Assembly (NCBI GenBank): GCA_040755855.1
Contig: JBFMAD010000001.1
Coordinates: 192,001-256,000, forward strand
Length of the DNA: 64,000 nt
From: Planctomycetota bacterium
Lineage (GTDB): Bacteria; Planctomycetota; Brocadiia; JAADGH01
Reading direction: 5' to 3'
Of this stretch, positions 46,874 through 61,400 are shown one piece after another. A model generated the notes under the pieces. That model had not been told where the DNA came from, ran no database searches, and saw only the letters and a list, made by a program, of their open reading frames with translations. The position numbers were made by a program, and so were the translations under genes. Position 1 is the stretch's first letter. Every line of letters starts with the position of its first letter.

Positions 46874-49222
46874 TTATGCCCCCAGACACCACCTTGCCGT
46901 GTCCCGGACATGGGCGTCGCTGTCGTTGATGAGCGACTGCAGCACCGACGCCACCTCCGGCTGGTTCCTGAACCGCGCCAGCGCGGCCGTTGCCGCACAG
47001 CGCACCTCCGACGCAAAACCCTTGCTCCGCAGACGCTCCAGCAAACCCGGTCTTTTCGCCACCTGCATCAAACATTGAACGGCGGCCATATCGCCGACCA
47101 CACCCAGCGCTCGGCAGGCCGCCTGTTTGATCTGCTCCGTTTGCTCATGCGAAAGCCCCGGCGCGCCCCGCACAAGTTCCATAAGCACCGGCGTGGCCCT
47201 CTCGCTGGGGGAATCCTCAAGCACCCGGATCGCCTCTGTCGCCACATAGGGGTTGCTGTCGCGCATTGCCTGGCAGACCAGATCCATCGTCCTCTCCCCG
47301 CTCATGTGGCTGAGCGCTCGGACCACCGCCAGGCGGCCCTCCGGATTGGCCCGATGCAGCATGGCCTCCAGGGCCTTCAACACTTCTTCCTCCTGTCCCA
47401 CGCGCGTAGCCACCTCCAGCAGGCGACCGGCCGCTTCCGTGTTGCTCTCCCGCTCCACCTCGGCCATCAGACGCCTCACGGCCTCCGCGCCGATCGTCCG
47501 GATCACGTCGGCCAGCATGAAACGGTGCGCACGGTCTCCTGTTTCCTTCAGGTCCATCAGGATCGCAGGCATCCCCTCGGCGCCGAGTTTCACCAAAATG
47601 TCCCGGGCCGCATGGCTGGCGTCTTTCTGGTCCGAAAACAGCTCGGCAATAAACAGCCCCACAATCTCCCGGTCGGCAAGCCGGGCCAGTATGCCCTTCG
47701 CCTCCTCGGCCCGCTGCTGAAATCCGCGCCCCACCTCCCGCGTGTGCCGGCGAAGCAGGGTCGCGGCGTGCACTGCCTGCTTGTAATCGTGCTCGATGAT
47801 GGCCCGGTTCAGGATGTTGTGAAAGAGGCGACCGGCTTCCGCATACACGCGATGGTTAGTTTCTTTATCCATCATCTCCGTCACCGTCGCGTCCAGCACC
47901 TTCACCAAGTCCCTGTCATTGATGGACTCGAGGGCATCCTGCAGTTCCGCGATCCGCCGCACGGCCTTCAGCCGCACGTTGTCATCCGGGCTGCGAAGCG
48001 CCTGGATCAACTGGGCCAGCAGGCGCGTCATCACCTGGGCCTGCTCCCCCATGTCCAAATCCCGGATCATGGCATCCACGCTTTCCCGATGGTCGTCGCG
48101 AAGGATGAAGAGGGGATCTTTTGCGAGCATATCCTCGATCATTGCGGCCGCCGCCGAGAGGCGCTCCGCAGTCTGCGGCTTTCCCTCGGCGAGAGCGGCA
48201 GTCAGAGCATCGCCCTTCAGCATCTCCTCAAGCGGCGACGTAGATGTGCCCCGTTGCTCGCACAGCGTGATAATCCGATCCACAAACGCCCTCATCGCGC
48301 CGAGCTCCTGCGCGGCGGCGTCCGCCTTGCCCGCCTTGCCCTCATCGCGACGAAGATCGTTGTAGAGCCGGATGAAGTTATCCACGATCTCCCTGACGTC
48401 CTCGCCGGAGAGCCCGGCAATTTGCGCTCGCGCCTCCCCTTTGCCCCCCGCGCGGCGAAACTCCGGGTCCCCCATCAGCTTCGGCAGCAGGTCCGGGTCC
48501 AACTGGATAATTCGCTTCGCTATCTCCAGGTGGACATCGCCGCGAACGGTATCATCCTCGATTTCCACCACCATTTTCATAACGTCATTAAGGGCCTTCA
48601 GAACCTTCTCGCGCGCCACGCCATCCTCCCCCAGCACAGGCCCCCCCTTTTCGACGACAAACACCGCGTCGCTCTCCTCCACCGCCACGTACACCTGCTC
48701 GTTCAGGAGGATGTGCGTGACGCCCTTCGATCTCAGCTCCTCAGCCACCTGGCGAACGCTCTCCTTCGTCCATTTTCTTCTGCTGAATCCATCGAGGAAT
48801 ATTCCCAATTCCTCTGTGGCGAGTCCCTGTACGAACGTCATGGAGCTTATGGCCGAGTCGGTAAGCACTTTGGCGAATCGTTGGACAGCCCCAGCGGCTC
48901 GGTCGTCCACCGGGCGGAAAAGAACCCCATTGACGAGGAATTTGCCGTCCTTCACCCCAAAGGCCATTGACTCCTTCCCCGCCAACAACCGGGAAACCGG
49001 CTCAAAGACGGACCCCGCCGCCCGAAGGGCCTGTGGGCTGCCCTCGGGGTAGAGGCGGATATTCTGGAGGGCCACCCGCATCTGCTGGAGGGTATCCGAG
49101 ACCAGTCGGTTTGTTTCCTCATCCATGCCCCCCTGGGCTGGCGCCTCCACCGGCCGGCCGGCCGGTGCGGTTGGCGACTCAGGAGGGCGAGATTCTGCGG
49201 CCTGCTCTTTAGCGTCAGACAT
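46874..49222 (-). CDS. HEAT-repeat protein
   Basis: N-terminal LYPEGSP domain; C-terminal alpha-helical repeats (D....VR..A...L); GAGGAG RBS. Confidence 0.8.
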   Translation of the reverse strand: MSDAKEQAAESRPPESPTAPAGRPVEAPAQGGMDEETNRLVSDTLQQMRVALQNIRLYPEGSPQALRAAGSVFEPVSRLLAGKESMAFGVKDGKFLVNGVLFRPVDDRAAGAVQRFAKVLTDSAISSMTFVQGLATEELGIFLDGFSRRKWTKESVRQVAEELRSKGVTHILLNEQVYVAVEESDAVFVVEKGGPVLGEDGVAREKVLKALNDVMKMVVEIEDDTVRGDVHLEIAKRIIQLDPDLLPKLMGDPEFRRAGGKGEARAQIAGLSGEDVREIVDNFIRLYNDLRRDEGKAGKADAAAQELGAMRAFVDRIITLCEQRGTSTSPLEEMLKGDALTAALAEGKPQTAERLSAAAAMIEDMLAKDPLFILRDDHRESVDAMIRDLDMGEQAQVMTRLLAQLIQALRSPDDNVRLKAVRRIAELQDALESINDRDLVKVLDATVTEMMDKETNHRVYAEAGRLFHNILNRAIIEHDYKQAVHAATLLRRHTREVGRGFQQRAEEAKGILARLADREIVGLFIAELFSDQKDASHAARDILVKLGAEGMPAILMDLKETGDRAHRFMLADVIRTIGAEAVRRLMAEVERESNTEAAGRLLEVATRVGQEEEVLKALEAMLHRANPEGRLAVVRALSHMSGERTMDLVCQAMRDSNPYVATEAIRVLEDSPSERATPVLMELVRGAPGLSHEQTEQIKQAACRALGVVGDMAAVQCLMQVAKRPGLLERLRSKGFASEVRCAATAALARFRNQPEVASVLQSLINDSDAHVRDTARWCLGA

Positions 49223-49271
49223 CGGCACGCTCCTCATGGCAACCATTGGGCCTTATGCGTCGTGCGTCGTA

Positions 49272-49300
49272 AGTATAACATATTTTTGCCGTTTCGTCAA
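49272..49300 (-). promoter_or_regulatory. Promoter of the HEAT-repeat gene
   Basis: Minus strand TTGACG-17 nt-(TGt)TATACT. Confidence 0.7.
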
Positions 49301-49383
49301 AAATTATGCCAAGAGATTCCTGTTTTACGAAGGAATTTCGCCCATTTGGGCGGATTTAACCGCAAAAAAAAAGCAAATAATTC

Positions 49384-49411
49384 TTGCATCCCCCGATGAA
49401 TCGCATATAAT
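49384..49411 (+). promoter_or_regulatory. Promoter of the purF operon
   Basis: TTGCAT-16 nt-TATAAT. Confidence 0.6.
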
Positions 49412-49418
49412 GGATTTT

Positions 49419-49523
49419 GGGCGCGCTTGAGAAACTCGCGCTCTCCCCCCTTTGACCGTTATGGGTCCTTTGGCTTAACCAAGCACGGTAGGAATCCAGC
49501 CGATTCCTGTGTGTTCACACGCT
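49419..49523 (+). promoter_or_regulatory. Structured 5' leader, candidate cis-regulatory RNA
   Basis: Consecutive stems: GCGC..GAG-AAA-CTC-GCGC; ACCGT/ACGGT enclosing TTGG-CTTAA-CCAA; AGGAATC/GATTCCT; GTGT/ACAC. Confidence 0.35.
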
Positions 49524-50909
49524 ATGAACAAGAGAGAGTATTGCGGTATTTTTGGCGTATGGGGGGCCGCCGACGCCGCCGTCAAGACCTACTACGGCCT
49601 CTACGCCCTTCAGCACCGCGGACAGGAAAGCGCCGGCATCGTCGTCTCCGACGGCAAGCAGGTGGTCAGCCGAAAAGGACTGGGCCTCCTCAACGAGGCC
49701 GTCTCGCGCGACGAGCTCGAAAGCCTGAAGGGGCACCTCGCCGTGGGCCATGTCCGCTACTCGACCACCGGCTCGAAGCGCGTGCAGAACATCCAGCCGC
49801 TTGTCATCGAATACTCCCAGGGCCTCATCGCCGTGGCCCACAACGGCAACCTCGTCAATGCCCGAACCCTCCGCGCCGAATATGAGGCGCGAGGCTCCAT
49901 CTTCCAGACAAGCACCGACAGCGAGGTGATCGTCCACCTCCTGGCCGACCCAGACCACGTCTACCGCCCCGACCGGATCGGCCACTGTCTGAACCATCTG
50001 AAGGGGGCGTACTCCTTCCTGCTGATGACACCCACCCAGATGATCGCCGCCCGCGACCCGCTCGGCTTTCGTCCCCTCTGTATCGGGAAGATCGGCGACG
50101 CCCATGTGGTGGCCAGCGAGACGTGCGCCTTCGACCTCCTCGGCGCGCAGTACCTCGGCGAGGTGGACGCGGGCGAACTGGTAACGATCGATGAGAACGG
50201 ACTGCGCGCCGAGCGCTTCGCCCATTCGGGCAAGCGGTCCCAGTGCGTCTTCGAGCACATCTATTTCGCACGGCCCGACAGCTTCATCTTCGGCGTGAAT
50301 GTCCACACCGTGCGGATGAACCTCGGACGGAACCTGGCCATCGAGCACCCCGCCGACGCGGACGCCGTCATCGCCATTCCGGACTCCGGCATCTCGGCGG
50401 CGATGGGTTATTCCATCGCGTCGGGCATTCCCCTCGACCGCGGCTTCGTCCGCAACCACTATGTCGGCCGTACGTTCATCATGCCGGAGGGCCGGAGCCA
50501 CGGCGTTGACATCAAGCTCAATGTCGTGCGCCCGGTCGTGCAGGGGAAGCGCATCGTCGTCATTGACGATTCCATCGTCCGGGGCACCACGTCCAAGAAA
50601 CGGCTCAAGATGCTCCGCGACGCCGGCGCGAAGGAAATTCACATGCGCGTCAGTTGTCCCCCCATTCGGCATCCGTGCTTTTACGGCATTGACTTCCCCA
50701 CCAAGACGGAACTCTTCGCGGCCGAGCACAGCGAGGAGGAGATGCGGGATTTTCTGGGGGTTGACTCGCTCAGATACCAGAGCGTTCAGGGCCTGCTCGC
50801 CTCGCTCGGGGAGCAGGCGAACCACTATTGTGTCGCGTGCTTCACCGGCCAGTACCCCGTGCTGCCCGAAGAAAAGATGGAGAAACTGTCCATGGAGACC
50901 CATTCGTGA
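49524..50909 (+). CDS. purF: Amidophosphoribosyltransferase
   Basis: Short propeptide then [59 protein letters not shown]. Confidence 0.97.
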   Translation: MNKREYCGIFGVWGAADAAVKTYYGLYALQHRGQESAGIVVSDGKQVVSRKGLGLLNEAVSRDELESLKGHLAVGHVRYSTTGSKRVQNIQPLVIEYSQGLIAVAHNGNLVNARTLRAEYEARGSIFQTSTDSEVIVHLLADPDHVYRPDRIGHCLNHLKGAYSFLLMTPTQMIAARDPLGFRPLCIGKIGDAHVVASETCAFDLLGAQYLGEVDAGELVTIDENGLRAERFAHSGKRSQCVFEHIYFARPDSFIFGVNVHTVRMNLGRNLAIEHPADADAVIAIPDSGISAAMGYSIASGIPLDRGFVRNHYVGRTFIMPEGRSHGVDIKLNVVRPVVQGKRIVVIDDSIVRGTTSKKRLKMLRDAGAKEIHMRVSCPPIRHPCFYGIDFPTKTELFAAEHSEEEMRDFLGVDSLRYQSVQGLLASLGEQANHYCVACFTGQYPVLPEEKMEKLSMETHS

Positions 50910-52015
50910 GCAAGGCCCTACTCACCCTGGAGGACGGATTCACGCTGGAGGGCCGGTCCTTCGGCGCATCGGGCGAGCGCCTCGGCGAGGTTGTCTTCAA
51001 CACCAGCATGACAGGCTACCAGGAGGTCCTCACCGACCCCTCCTACTGCCGCCAGATCGTCGCCATGACCTACCCCCTCATCGGGAACTACGGGACAAAC
51101 AGCGAGGACGTCGAGTCGGCCCGGCCGCAGGTGGAGGGCTTCGTCGTCCGCGAGGTCAGCCGCATCCCCAGCAACTGGCGCTCGCAGACCGACCTGCCGA
51201 CATACCTGAAAAAAAATAATGTGATCGGCATTGACGGCGTGGATACCCGCGCCCTCGTCAGGCATATCCGAACACAGGGGGCGATGAAGGGCATCCTCTC
51301 AACGGAGGACCTCGACCCGCAAAGCCTCCAAAGGAAGGCCCAGGAATGGCCCGGCCTCGTCGGGCGCGACACCGTCGAGTGCGTCACCTGCAAGAGCGAA
51401 TACAAATGGGAAAAAAACAGCGGCGTCGAAAAACGCTTTGACGTTGTGGTCTATGACTACGGCGTCAAGTTCAACATCCTCCGCATGTTGGAACGCGCCG
51501 GATGCCGCGTCACCGTCCTGCCGGCGACGACGAAGGCCGAGGACGTCCTGGCCCGCGATCCGGACGGCGTGGTCCTGAGCAACGGTCCCGGCGACCCTGC
51601 CGCCGTCGTCTATGCCATCGAGGAGATTCGAAAACTCCTCGGCAAGAAGCCGATCTTCGGCATCTGTCTCGGACATCAACTGCTTGGCCTTGCCTTCGGG
51701 GGAAAGACCTACAAACTCAAGTTCGGCCACCGCGGCGGCAACCAGCCGGTGAAGGACCTGCGGTCGGGCCGCGTGGCGATCACGGCGCAGAACCATGGCT
51801 TCTGCGTGGACATAGACTCGCTCAAGGACCAGCGGGTCGAGATCACCCACATCAACCTGAACGATCAAACCCTCGAAGGCATGAGGCATAAAGAGATGCC
51901 GGTCTTCTCGGTGCAGTATCACCCCGAGGCGTCGCCCGGCCCGCACGACGCGGAGTACCTTTTCAAGGAATTCACGGAAGCCATGACGCGAGAGAAAAGC
52001 AGAGGAAACGGCTGA
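50906..52015 (+). CDS. carA: Carbamoyl-phosphate synthase small subunit
   Basis: [51 protein letters not shown] overlaps the purF stop. Confidence 0.97.
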   Translation: MSKALLTLEDGFTLEGRSFGASGERLGEVVFNTSMTGYQEVLTDPSYCRQIVAMTYPLIGNYGTNSEDVESARPQVEGFVVREVSRIPSNWRSQTDLPTYLKKNNVIGIDGVDTRALVRHIRTQGAMKGILSTEDLDPQSLQRKAQEWPGLVGRDTVECVTCKSEYKWEKNSGVEKRFDVVVYDYGVKFNILRMLERAGCRVTVLPATTKAEDVLARDPDGVVLSNGPGDPAAVVYAIEEIRKLLGKKPIFGICLGHQLLGLAFGGKTYKLKFGHRGGNQPVKDLRSGRVAITAQNHGFCVDIDSLKDQRVEITHINLNDQTLEGMRHKEMPVFSVQYHPEASPGPHDAEYLFKEFTEAMTREKSRGNG

Positions 52016-53618
52016 TGGCCAAGTTCATCTTTGTTACAGGCGGCGTGGTCTCGTCCCTCGGCAAAGGGATCACGTCGGCCTCGATCGGCGCGCTCCTCAA
52101 GTCCCGGAGCATCCGGGTCAAGCTCCAGAAGTTCGACCCATACCTGAACGTGGACCCCGGCACGATGAACCCCTACCAGCACGGCGAGGTCTATGTCACC
52201 GAGGACGGCGCGGAGACGGACCTCGACCTCGGCCACTACGAACGCTTCACCGGCGACTTTACCTCCCGCGAGAGCAACACCACCGCCGGGTCCGTCTACT
52301 ACGAGGTCCTGATGAAGGAGCGCCGCGGCGACTACCTCGGCAAGACGATCCAGATGATCCCCCACATCACCGACGAGATCAAGCGCCGCGTGCGCAATCT
52401 CGCCGCGCCCGACGTGGATGTGGTCATCTGCGAGGTCGGCGGCACGGTGGGCGACATCGAGAGCCTGATCTTCCTCGAGGCCATCCGCCAGATCGGCCAC
52501 GAGGAGGGGCGCAACAACGTCCTCTACATCCATCTCACCCTCGTCCCTTACATCCGCGCCGCGGGGGAGATCAAGACCAAGCCCACCCAGCACAGCGTGG
52601 GCAAGCTGCGCGAGATCGGCATCATCCCGGACGTCCTAATCTGCCGCAGCGAGCTGCCTCTGAACGAAGAAATTCGTAACAAACTCTCCCTCTTCTGCAA
52701 CGTGCCGGTCCGCGCCGTCATCGAGGAGCTCGACGTCAAGCACACCATCTACGAGGTCCCCTTCGTCTTCGCCGAGCAGGGCCTCGACAACCTGATCTGC
52801 GACCACCTGGGCCTTCGCGGCACGTCGCGCGACCTGACGAAGTGGCGCAAGGTCGTCACCGTGCTCACCAAGGCTGAGAAGACCGTGCCGATCGCCGTGG
52901 TAGGCAAGTATTCCGAGCTTCAGGACGCCTACAAGTCCATCTACGAGGCCATCATGCACGGCGGCATCGCCAACGAGTGCAAGGTGGACATCCGCAAGGT
53001 CCTCTCAGAGGACATCGAGAAGAAGGGCGCTCATTCGGCGCTGGCGGGGGTGAAGGGCGTCCTCGTGCCCGGCGGATTCGGCACGCGCGGCGTGCAGGGA
53101 AAGATCCTCGCCATCCAGTACTCCCGCGAGAGGCGCATCCCGTTTCTGGGCATCTGCCTCGGGCTGCAATGCGCCGTCATCGAGTTCGCCCGGAATGTCT
53201 GCGGCCTGCCGAAGGCCAACACGACGGAGATAGATCCCGACACCGCCGATCCCGTGATCTGCCTCCTCGAAGAGCAGAAGGAAATTGTGACCAAGGGCGC
53301 AACCATGCGCCTCGGCGCGTATCCATGCCGCCTGCAATCCGACACGAAGGCGCGCGCGGCCTATGGCGAGCCGGAAATCACCGAGCGCCACCGGCATCGT
53401 TACGAGTTCAACAACAAGTACCGCGAACTCATGGCCGCCAAGGGCATGGTCTTCAGCGGCCTGTCGCCCGACGGCGAGCTGGTGGAGTTTATCGAGCTGG
53501 CCGCCCATCCCTGGTTTGTCGCCACCCAGGCCCATCCGGAGTTCAAGTCACGGCCCGTGGACGCGCATCCCCTCTTCCGCGAATTCATCAGGGCCGCCCT
53601 GGATAGAAAGGACGAGTA

Positions 53619-53619
<1 letters not shown>
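52015..53619 (+). CDS. pyrG: CTP synthase
   Basis: [60 protein letters not shown]. Confidence 0.98.
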
Positions 53620-55160
<1,541 letters not shown>

Positions 55161-55169
55161 AAATAGAAG

Positions 55170-58100
55170 ATGCCCAAGCGAACGGATATTCATAAGATTC
55201 TGATCATCGGCTCCGGCCCCATCATCATCAGCCAGGCGTGCGAATTCGACTATTCTGGCACGCAGGCCTGCAAGGCTCTCCGCGAGGAAGGCTACGAGGT
55301 CGTCCTCGTCAACAGCAACCCGGCCACGATCATGACCGACCCGGAGATGGCCCAGCGCACCTACGTCGAGCCTATAGACCCGGACATCGTCGAGAAGATC
55401 ATCGAGCGCGAGCGGCCCGACGCCCTCCTGCCGACCCTGGGGGGGCAGACGGGGCTAAACGTCGCCGTCCGCGTGGCCGAGCGCGGCGTCCTCGACCGGT
55501 TCAAGGTGGAGATGATCGGCGCGACCTACGAGGCCATCCGCACGGCGGAGAACCGCGACCTCTTCAAGCGGGCGATCAACGCAATCGGCTTGAAAGTCCC
55601 CCGGAGCGGCATCGCCACGACGATGGAGCAGGCGTGGGCCGCCGCCGATAAAATCGGCTTCCCCATCATCATCCGCCCCAGCTTCACCCTGGGCGGCACG
55701 GGCGGCGGCGTGGCCTACAACCGCGAGGAGTTCGAGGAGATCGCCCGCAACGGACTCCGACTCAGCCTCACGAACGAGGTCCTCATCGAGGAGTCCGTCG
55801 CCGGCTGGAAGGAATTCGAGCTGGAGGTCATGCGCGATAAGGCCGATAACGTCGTCATCATCTGCTCCATCGAGAACGTGGACCCCATGGGCGTCCACAC
55901 GGGCGACAGCATCACCGTCGCCCCCGCCCAGACGCTGACCGACAAGGAGTATCAGGTCATGCGCGACGCCGCCATCGCCATCATCCGGCAGGTCGGCGTG
56001 GAGACGGGCGGATCGAACATCCAGTTCGCCGTCAACCCGGCGGACGGGCGGATGGTCGTGATCGAGATGAACCCCCGTGTGTCGCGCAGCTCCGCCCTGG
56101 CCAGCAAGGCGACGGGCTTCCCCATCGCCAAGTTCGCGGCCAAGCTTGCCGTCGGATACACCCTGGATGAAATACCAAACGACATCACCAAAGAGACGCC
56201 CGCGTCGTTCGAGCCGACGATTGACTATTGCGTGGTGAAGATCCCGCGATTCGCATTCGAGAAATTTCCCCACGCCGACCCGACCCTGACGACCTCCATG
56301 AAATCCGTCGGCGAGACGATGGCAATCGGGCGGACCTTCAAGGAGGCGCTGCAGAAGGGCCTGCGCTCCCTGGAGATCGGCCTCTCCGGCCTGGATCGTA
56401 AGTGCTTGAGGGGCTTGACCTTAGAAGGCATCGAGAGCAAGCTCCGAACGCCGACGCGCGAACGGCTCTTCTACATCAAGTTGGCCCTGATGCACGGCAT
56501 GAGCGTCAAGGAAATCGCCAAACACTCAAGAATTGATCCCTGGTTTCTCGACAACATCAAGGAAATCGTCGAGTTCGAGGGCAAACTCGCAGCGCTCCAA
56601 TCCTTCAGCAAGCTGTCCGACGAGATGCTCCGCCAGGCCAAGCGGATGGGATTCTCCGACGCGCAACTGGCCGATCTTCTCGGCGCCGGCCCGGAGGACG
56701 TGCGCCGGCGGAGGAAGTCCATCGGCCTCGACGCCGCGTTCAAACTCGTGGACACCTGCGCCGCCGAGTTCGAGGCATACACCCCCTATTACTACTCGAC
56801 CTACGAACAGGAGAACGAGACACGACCGAGCGACCGGAAAAAGATCATGATTCTCGGCAGCGGCCCCAACCGCATCGGCCAGGGCATCGAGTTTGACTAC
56901 TGCTGCGTCCACGCATCCTTCGCCCTCAAGGATCTGGGCTACGAGACGATCATGGTCAACAGCAACCCCGAGACCGTGAGCACGGATTACGACACGTCGG
57001 ACAAGCTCTACTTCGAGCCGCTGACCCTCGAGGACGTGCTCAACATCGTTGATCGCGAGCAGCCGGAAGGAGTCATCGTACAACTCGGCGGGCAGACACC
57101 TCTCAACCTGGCCGTGCCCCTTGCGAAGGCGGGGGCGAAGATCCTCGGGACCGATCCCGACGCCATAGACCGCGCGGAAGACCGGGAGCGCTTCAGCGAC
57201 CTGCTGCGAAAACTCGGTCTCACCCAGGCGCCGAACGGGATGGCGCGATCGGTCGAGGCGGCCGTGAAGGTCGCCGCTGGCCTCGGCTATCCCGTCCTCG
57301 TCCGCCCCTCGTTCGTCCTCGGCGGCCGCGCGATGGACATCATCCACGACCAAGCCCAGCTCGAGGGCTTCATCGGCCAGGCCATCGAGGTCTCCGGCGA
57401 GCGCCCGGTGCTGGTGGACAAGTTCCTGGAAGACGCCGTCGAGGTGGACGTGGACTCTCTGTCCGACGGGAAGCGCGTCGTCATCGGGGGGATCATGGAG
57501 CACATCGAGGAGGCGGGCATCCACTCCGGCGACAGTTCGATGGTCCTGCCCCCCTACTCGCTGGCGGATCGCATCGTGGACCAGATCCGCGAGCAGACGA
57601 AGGCGCTGGCCATGGAGATCGGCGTGGTGGGTTTGATGAACGTGCAATTCGCCGTCCGCGGCGAGACGATCTATGTGCTGGAGGTGAACCCGCGCGCCTC
57701 CCGGACGGTTCCCTTCCTCAGCAAGGCGACGGGCATCCCCCTCGCCAAGATCGCGGCGAAGCTGATGGTCGGGAAGACGCTCGATGAGATCGGCTTCACC
57801 CGCGAGGTGCAAATCCCGCACTTCGCCGTCAAGCACTCCGTCTTCCCCTTCAATCGCTTCCCCGGTCAGGACGCGCTGTTGGGGCCGGAGATGAAGTCTA
57901 CCGGCGAGGTGATGGGCATTGACGCGAACTTCGGCCTGGCCTTTGCGAAGGGCCAGCTCGCGGGCGCGCCGGGCCTGCCCGCCTCCGGCAAGGTGTTCAT
58001 CAGCGTGAGGGATCAGGACAAGCGGGACATCATCTTCATCGCCAAACAATTGATTGATCTCGGCTTCGAGATCGTCGCCACCGAGGGGACGGCCAAGACG

Positions 58101-58415
58101 CTCCGTCGCAACGGCGTGAAGGCCGGGGTGCTGTTCAGAATCTCCGAGGGCCGCCCGCACGTCCTCGACCTCATCAAGAACGACGAGATCGCGATGATCA
58201 TCAACACGGTGAGCGGCAAGGCGCCGCGCCGGGACGAGACCCACATGCGGACCATCGCCATCGCCCGCGGCATCCCGCTCATCAGCACCATCTCCGCCGC
58301 CTCTGCCGCCGTGGGCGGCATGGAGGAGATGCTCCGCTCCGGGATGAGCGTCACGTCCCTGCAGGAATACATCGCGTCCATCCCTTCCGCGACCTCCCCG
58401 GCCCTCTCCAAGTAG
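55170..58415 (+). CDS. carB: Carbamoyl-phosphate synthase large subunit
   Basis: [67 protein letters not shown]. Confidence 0.98.
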   Translation: MPKRTDIHKILIIGSGPIIISQACEFDYSGTQACKALREEGYEVVLVNSNPATIMTDPEMAQRTYVEPIDPDIVEKIIERERPDALLPTLGGQTGLNVAVRVAERGVLDRFKVEMIGATYEAIRTAENRDLFKRAINAIGLKVPRSGIATTMEQAWAAADKIGFPIIIRPSFTLGGTGGGVAYNREEFEEIARNGLRLSLTNEVLIEESVAGWKEFELEVMRDKADNVVIICSIENVDPMGVHTGDSITVAPAQTLTDKEYQVMRDAAIAIIRQVGVETGGSNIQFAVNPADGRMVVIEMNPRVSRSSALASKATGFPIAKFAAKLAVGYTLDEIPNDITKETPASFEPTIDYCVVKIPRFAFEKFPHADPTLTTSMKSVGETMAIGRTFKEALQKGLRSLEIGLSGLDRKCLRGLTLEGIESKLRTPTRERLFYIKLALMHGMSVKEIAKHSRIDPWFLDNIKEIVEFEGKLAALQSFSKLSDEMLRQAKRMGFSDAQLADLLGAGPEDVRRRRKSIGLDAAFKLVDTCAAEFEAYTPYYYSTYEQENETRPSDRKKIMILGSGPNRIGQGIEFDYCCVHASFALKDLGYETIMVNSNPETVSTDYDTSDKLYFEPLTLEDVLNIVDREQPEGVIVQLGGQTPLNLAVPLAKAGAKILGTDPDAIDRAEDRERFSDLLRKLGLTQAPNGMARSVEAAVKVAAGLGYPVLVRPSFVLGGRAMDIIHDQAQLEGFIGQAIEVSGERPVLVDKFLEDAVEVDVDSLSDGKRVVIGGIMEHIEEAGIHSGDSSMVLPPYSLADRIVDQIREQTKALAMEIGVVGLMNVQFAVRGETIYVLEVNPRASRTVPFLSKATGIPLAKIAAKLMVGKTLDEIGFTREVQIPHFAVKHSVFPFNRFPGQDALLGPEMKSTGEVMGIDANFGLAFAKGQLAGAPGLPASGKVFISVRDQDKRDIIFIAKQLIDLGFEIVATEGTAKTLRRNGVKAGVLFRISEGRPHVLDLIKNDEIAMIINTVSGKAPRRDETHMRTIAIARGIPLISTISAASAAVGGMEEMLRSGMSVTSLQEYIASIPSATSPALSK

Positions 58416-58484
58416 GCCCTTGCAGTCCTCCGGGACTTTGTCGTATCCTTGGCAGCCATCCATGTCTGTTGAGGAGACCGAACC

Positions 58485-61400
58485 ATGCGAACGCCGATCG
58501 CCGCTTGCCTGTTTGCTGTGATTCTCTTTGGTTGCGGAGCGCCCACAGTTCCGACGAAAGGGGCGGCTGAACCGTCGCGCGACGATATCGCGGCCCGCGA
58601 GTATCTCTGTCTGACCGCCGATTCGCCGCCGCAACTCGACGGCGCCCTCGACGACGGCTGCTGGCGGAGAGCCAGGCCCTCGCCGGTGTTCCATACCATT
58701 GGGGCGTGTCCAGAAGAGGTCCCTCGCCGGATGGCGATCCGTTTCCTCTGCGACAAAGACAATCTCTATGTCGCGGTGGACGCCGCCTCCCGCCCCGGCG
58801 TCGTCCCCGCAGCCAGGCAGGAACGCCGGCACGACGATCCCGTCTTCAACGACGATTCCGTCGAGCTCTTCCTCCACACGTCGCCCTCGGCCAAAGACTA
58901 CTACCACTTCATGCTGAATTGCGACAATGCCATCCTCGACGCGCACGTGATTCCAGACCGAACGACGGGACACGCGAAGTGGGACCCTGAATGGCGACAC
59001 GAGACAAAGAAGCGCCCCGGCGGTTGGACGGCGGAGATGGTGATCCCCTTTCGGGCGTTTGACCAGAAGGCCCCACCGCAGGGCTTTGTGTGGCTCGTCC
59101 GCGTCGGCAGCAACGCCCCCGGCTTCCCGCACGCGATGTGGCCCAGGAATCCGACCGCATCCTTCCACGATCCGACCTGCTCCGGCTACCTCATCTTCGG
59201 CGACCGGAACCTGTTGACCAACGGCGGCTTTGAAGGCCCGGTGAGCGACAAGGGAATCCCCCAGGGCTGGGCCTTCTGCTACAACGAGAAAGAGGGCAAG
59301 GGCGTCATCGCGCTGAGTGAGAGCAACGCACCCGAGGGAAAGCGGTGCATTCGATACGAGAAGACAACCCCCGAGATGTGGTTCCCCCAGCTTCACGCCA
59401 ACCCGTTTCCGATTCAACCGCACTCGATGTATGAGTTCTCCGCGCTGGTAAGCTCCGACAAGGCCTTCGTCATGCGTCACAGTCTCCACGACGCTTCGGG
59501 AAACCGGGTCAAGAAATACAGCATGGGCCAACCGCCGACGAAGGGATACGAGCGCCGCGAGATCAGGTTCCGCGTTGAGGCGGACGGGGCGCAGATGAGC
59601 GTGGGTATCCAGCTCTCCCAGGTATCCGGCGTGGTCTGGGTGGATGACGTCCGAGTGCAGAGGGTGAACGGCCTTGAGTTCAGGCGCGGGCGCGAGGTCG
59701 AGCCGCACAGGTATCACCGGCTGGAGCGGCTCGCCGCGCGCGCGCCGTTCAAGCCGTGTTCCCATGTTTCACGGGGCGACATGATCCAGTCGGAACGTGT
59801 GATCTTCAGAGACACCGGCACCGGCGCGCAGATCTGGCGGCTGACCGACACGCCCGGCGGGAGCAACCGCCACTTCTACATGGAGGTCCCGCCCTGGAAC
59901 TGCGACGGATCGAAGATCGTGCTTTGCTCATCCGAGTGGGGCCAGCGGTTCAACGCGCTCCTTCCCGCCGACGGAAGCGCAATGAGGCGCCTCCCCATCA
60001 AGGCAAGCTGCTATACCTGGGACCGTCGCGACCCGGACCGAATCTACTACTGCAAGGGCGTTGAAGGCGGGAAGACGTCCGCCGTCTGCTACTCTCTGAA
60101 GGACGACAAGGAAATCGTTCTGCGAACGTTCGACGGCGCCACCAACGTTTGGCCGATCAGCCAGGACAACAAGTACCTCCTTGTCCGCGAATCCTTCCCG
60201 AAGGCGCCCTGGCAAGCCAAGAGCAAAATTCATCTTCTGTCGCTGGACGGCAAAGAGGACATCATCCTCGACCCGAAGGGCCAGATTCACCAACTGTGGT
60301 TCACCAAGCTGCCGGACCATTCCGTCGAGTTCGAGTATGAGCACGGCGGCTACAAGCCGGGCGAATACCCCGAGGGCAACTTTATGATGAAGAAGGACGG
60401 CTCGATCAAACGGATCTTCGGCGGCGAGGGTCAATGGGCCGGCCATCGCGCCCACAGCCCATCGGGGAAGCTGATGTGTCCCGGCGGACGCCTCCAAGTC
60501 GTGAACAAGCTCACCGGCGACATCACCCCCCTCGCCCCCATCGGCGGCAACCACCAATCCTGGGAAGCCGACGAATCGTGGCTGGCCGCCAGTTCCGATC
60601 CGCACCTGATCCGGTTTGCCGCAGACGGACGAGGGTTCGTCCACCGAATCGGCTCGCACAATTCCGCCATCGGCCACTCGACCTACTGGACCGAGGCCCA
60701 CCCCGCCATGAGCCCCGACGGGACCAAGCTCGGCTACGCCTCGTCCATGCTCGGCGACATTGACTTCTACTTCATGGTAATGATGCTCCCCGGCAGGCCC
60801 GAGGAACTGAAGGCCGCATCGGCGAACGGAAGGGTCGAGCTGACCTGGGAACCCCCGACACACTCGAAGGAAATCCGCGGCTACCTCGTCTATCGCTCCG
60901 ACAAGAGCGGCGAGCCCTTCGAACAGATCTCCCCGACGGAGATCAAGGAAACCAGGTTCGTTGACGCGCCGCCGGCCGGCAGGCCCTTCTACTACACAGT
61001 CGCGTCGCTCGAACGTTGCGGGCTGGAAAGCCTGAAGTCCGATGAGGTCTGTTCCGACCCCGCATGGCCCGGCGGAATCCGAAGGGTCTTCGAATGCGAA
61101 TTCGCTCCGGTGACCGGGCCGCCCGCGATGGAGGAATTCGATACCGCCGCCTCAGGGCTGTACGGCATGAACCTCGGCCGCGACGAACCGGCGAAGGATT
61201 TCTCCATGCCCTTCAACGTCCCGCGCGACGGCGAGTATTCGCTCTGGCTGCGCGTCAAAAGCCCGGACAATGGCTTCACCCTTACGGCAGGGGTGGACGG
61301 GCAACTTCCGAAGGCGCATTCGGGCGAGGAGGGAGGATGGCGCTGGATCAGGATCGCCGAAGGACTCCATCTCGCCAGAGGCGCGCACAGGGTCGCCCTC

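Noticed and set aside
49490..49508. PyrR binding loop or a known purine/ZTP/PRPP riboswitch upstream of purF
   Set aside because: AATCCAG matches only half of the PyrR consensus (no GAGG), there is no terminator, and the other consensus cores were not found.
56526..59765. 1079-aa minus-strand ORF (also long shadows at 11175-13499 +, 46910-48970 +, 49515-50903 -)
   Set aside because: These are antisense to clearly recognisable genes and have no motifs; a typical high-GC codon-bias artefact.
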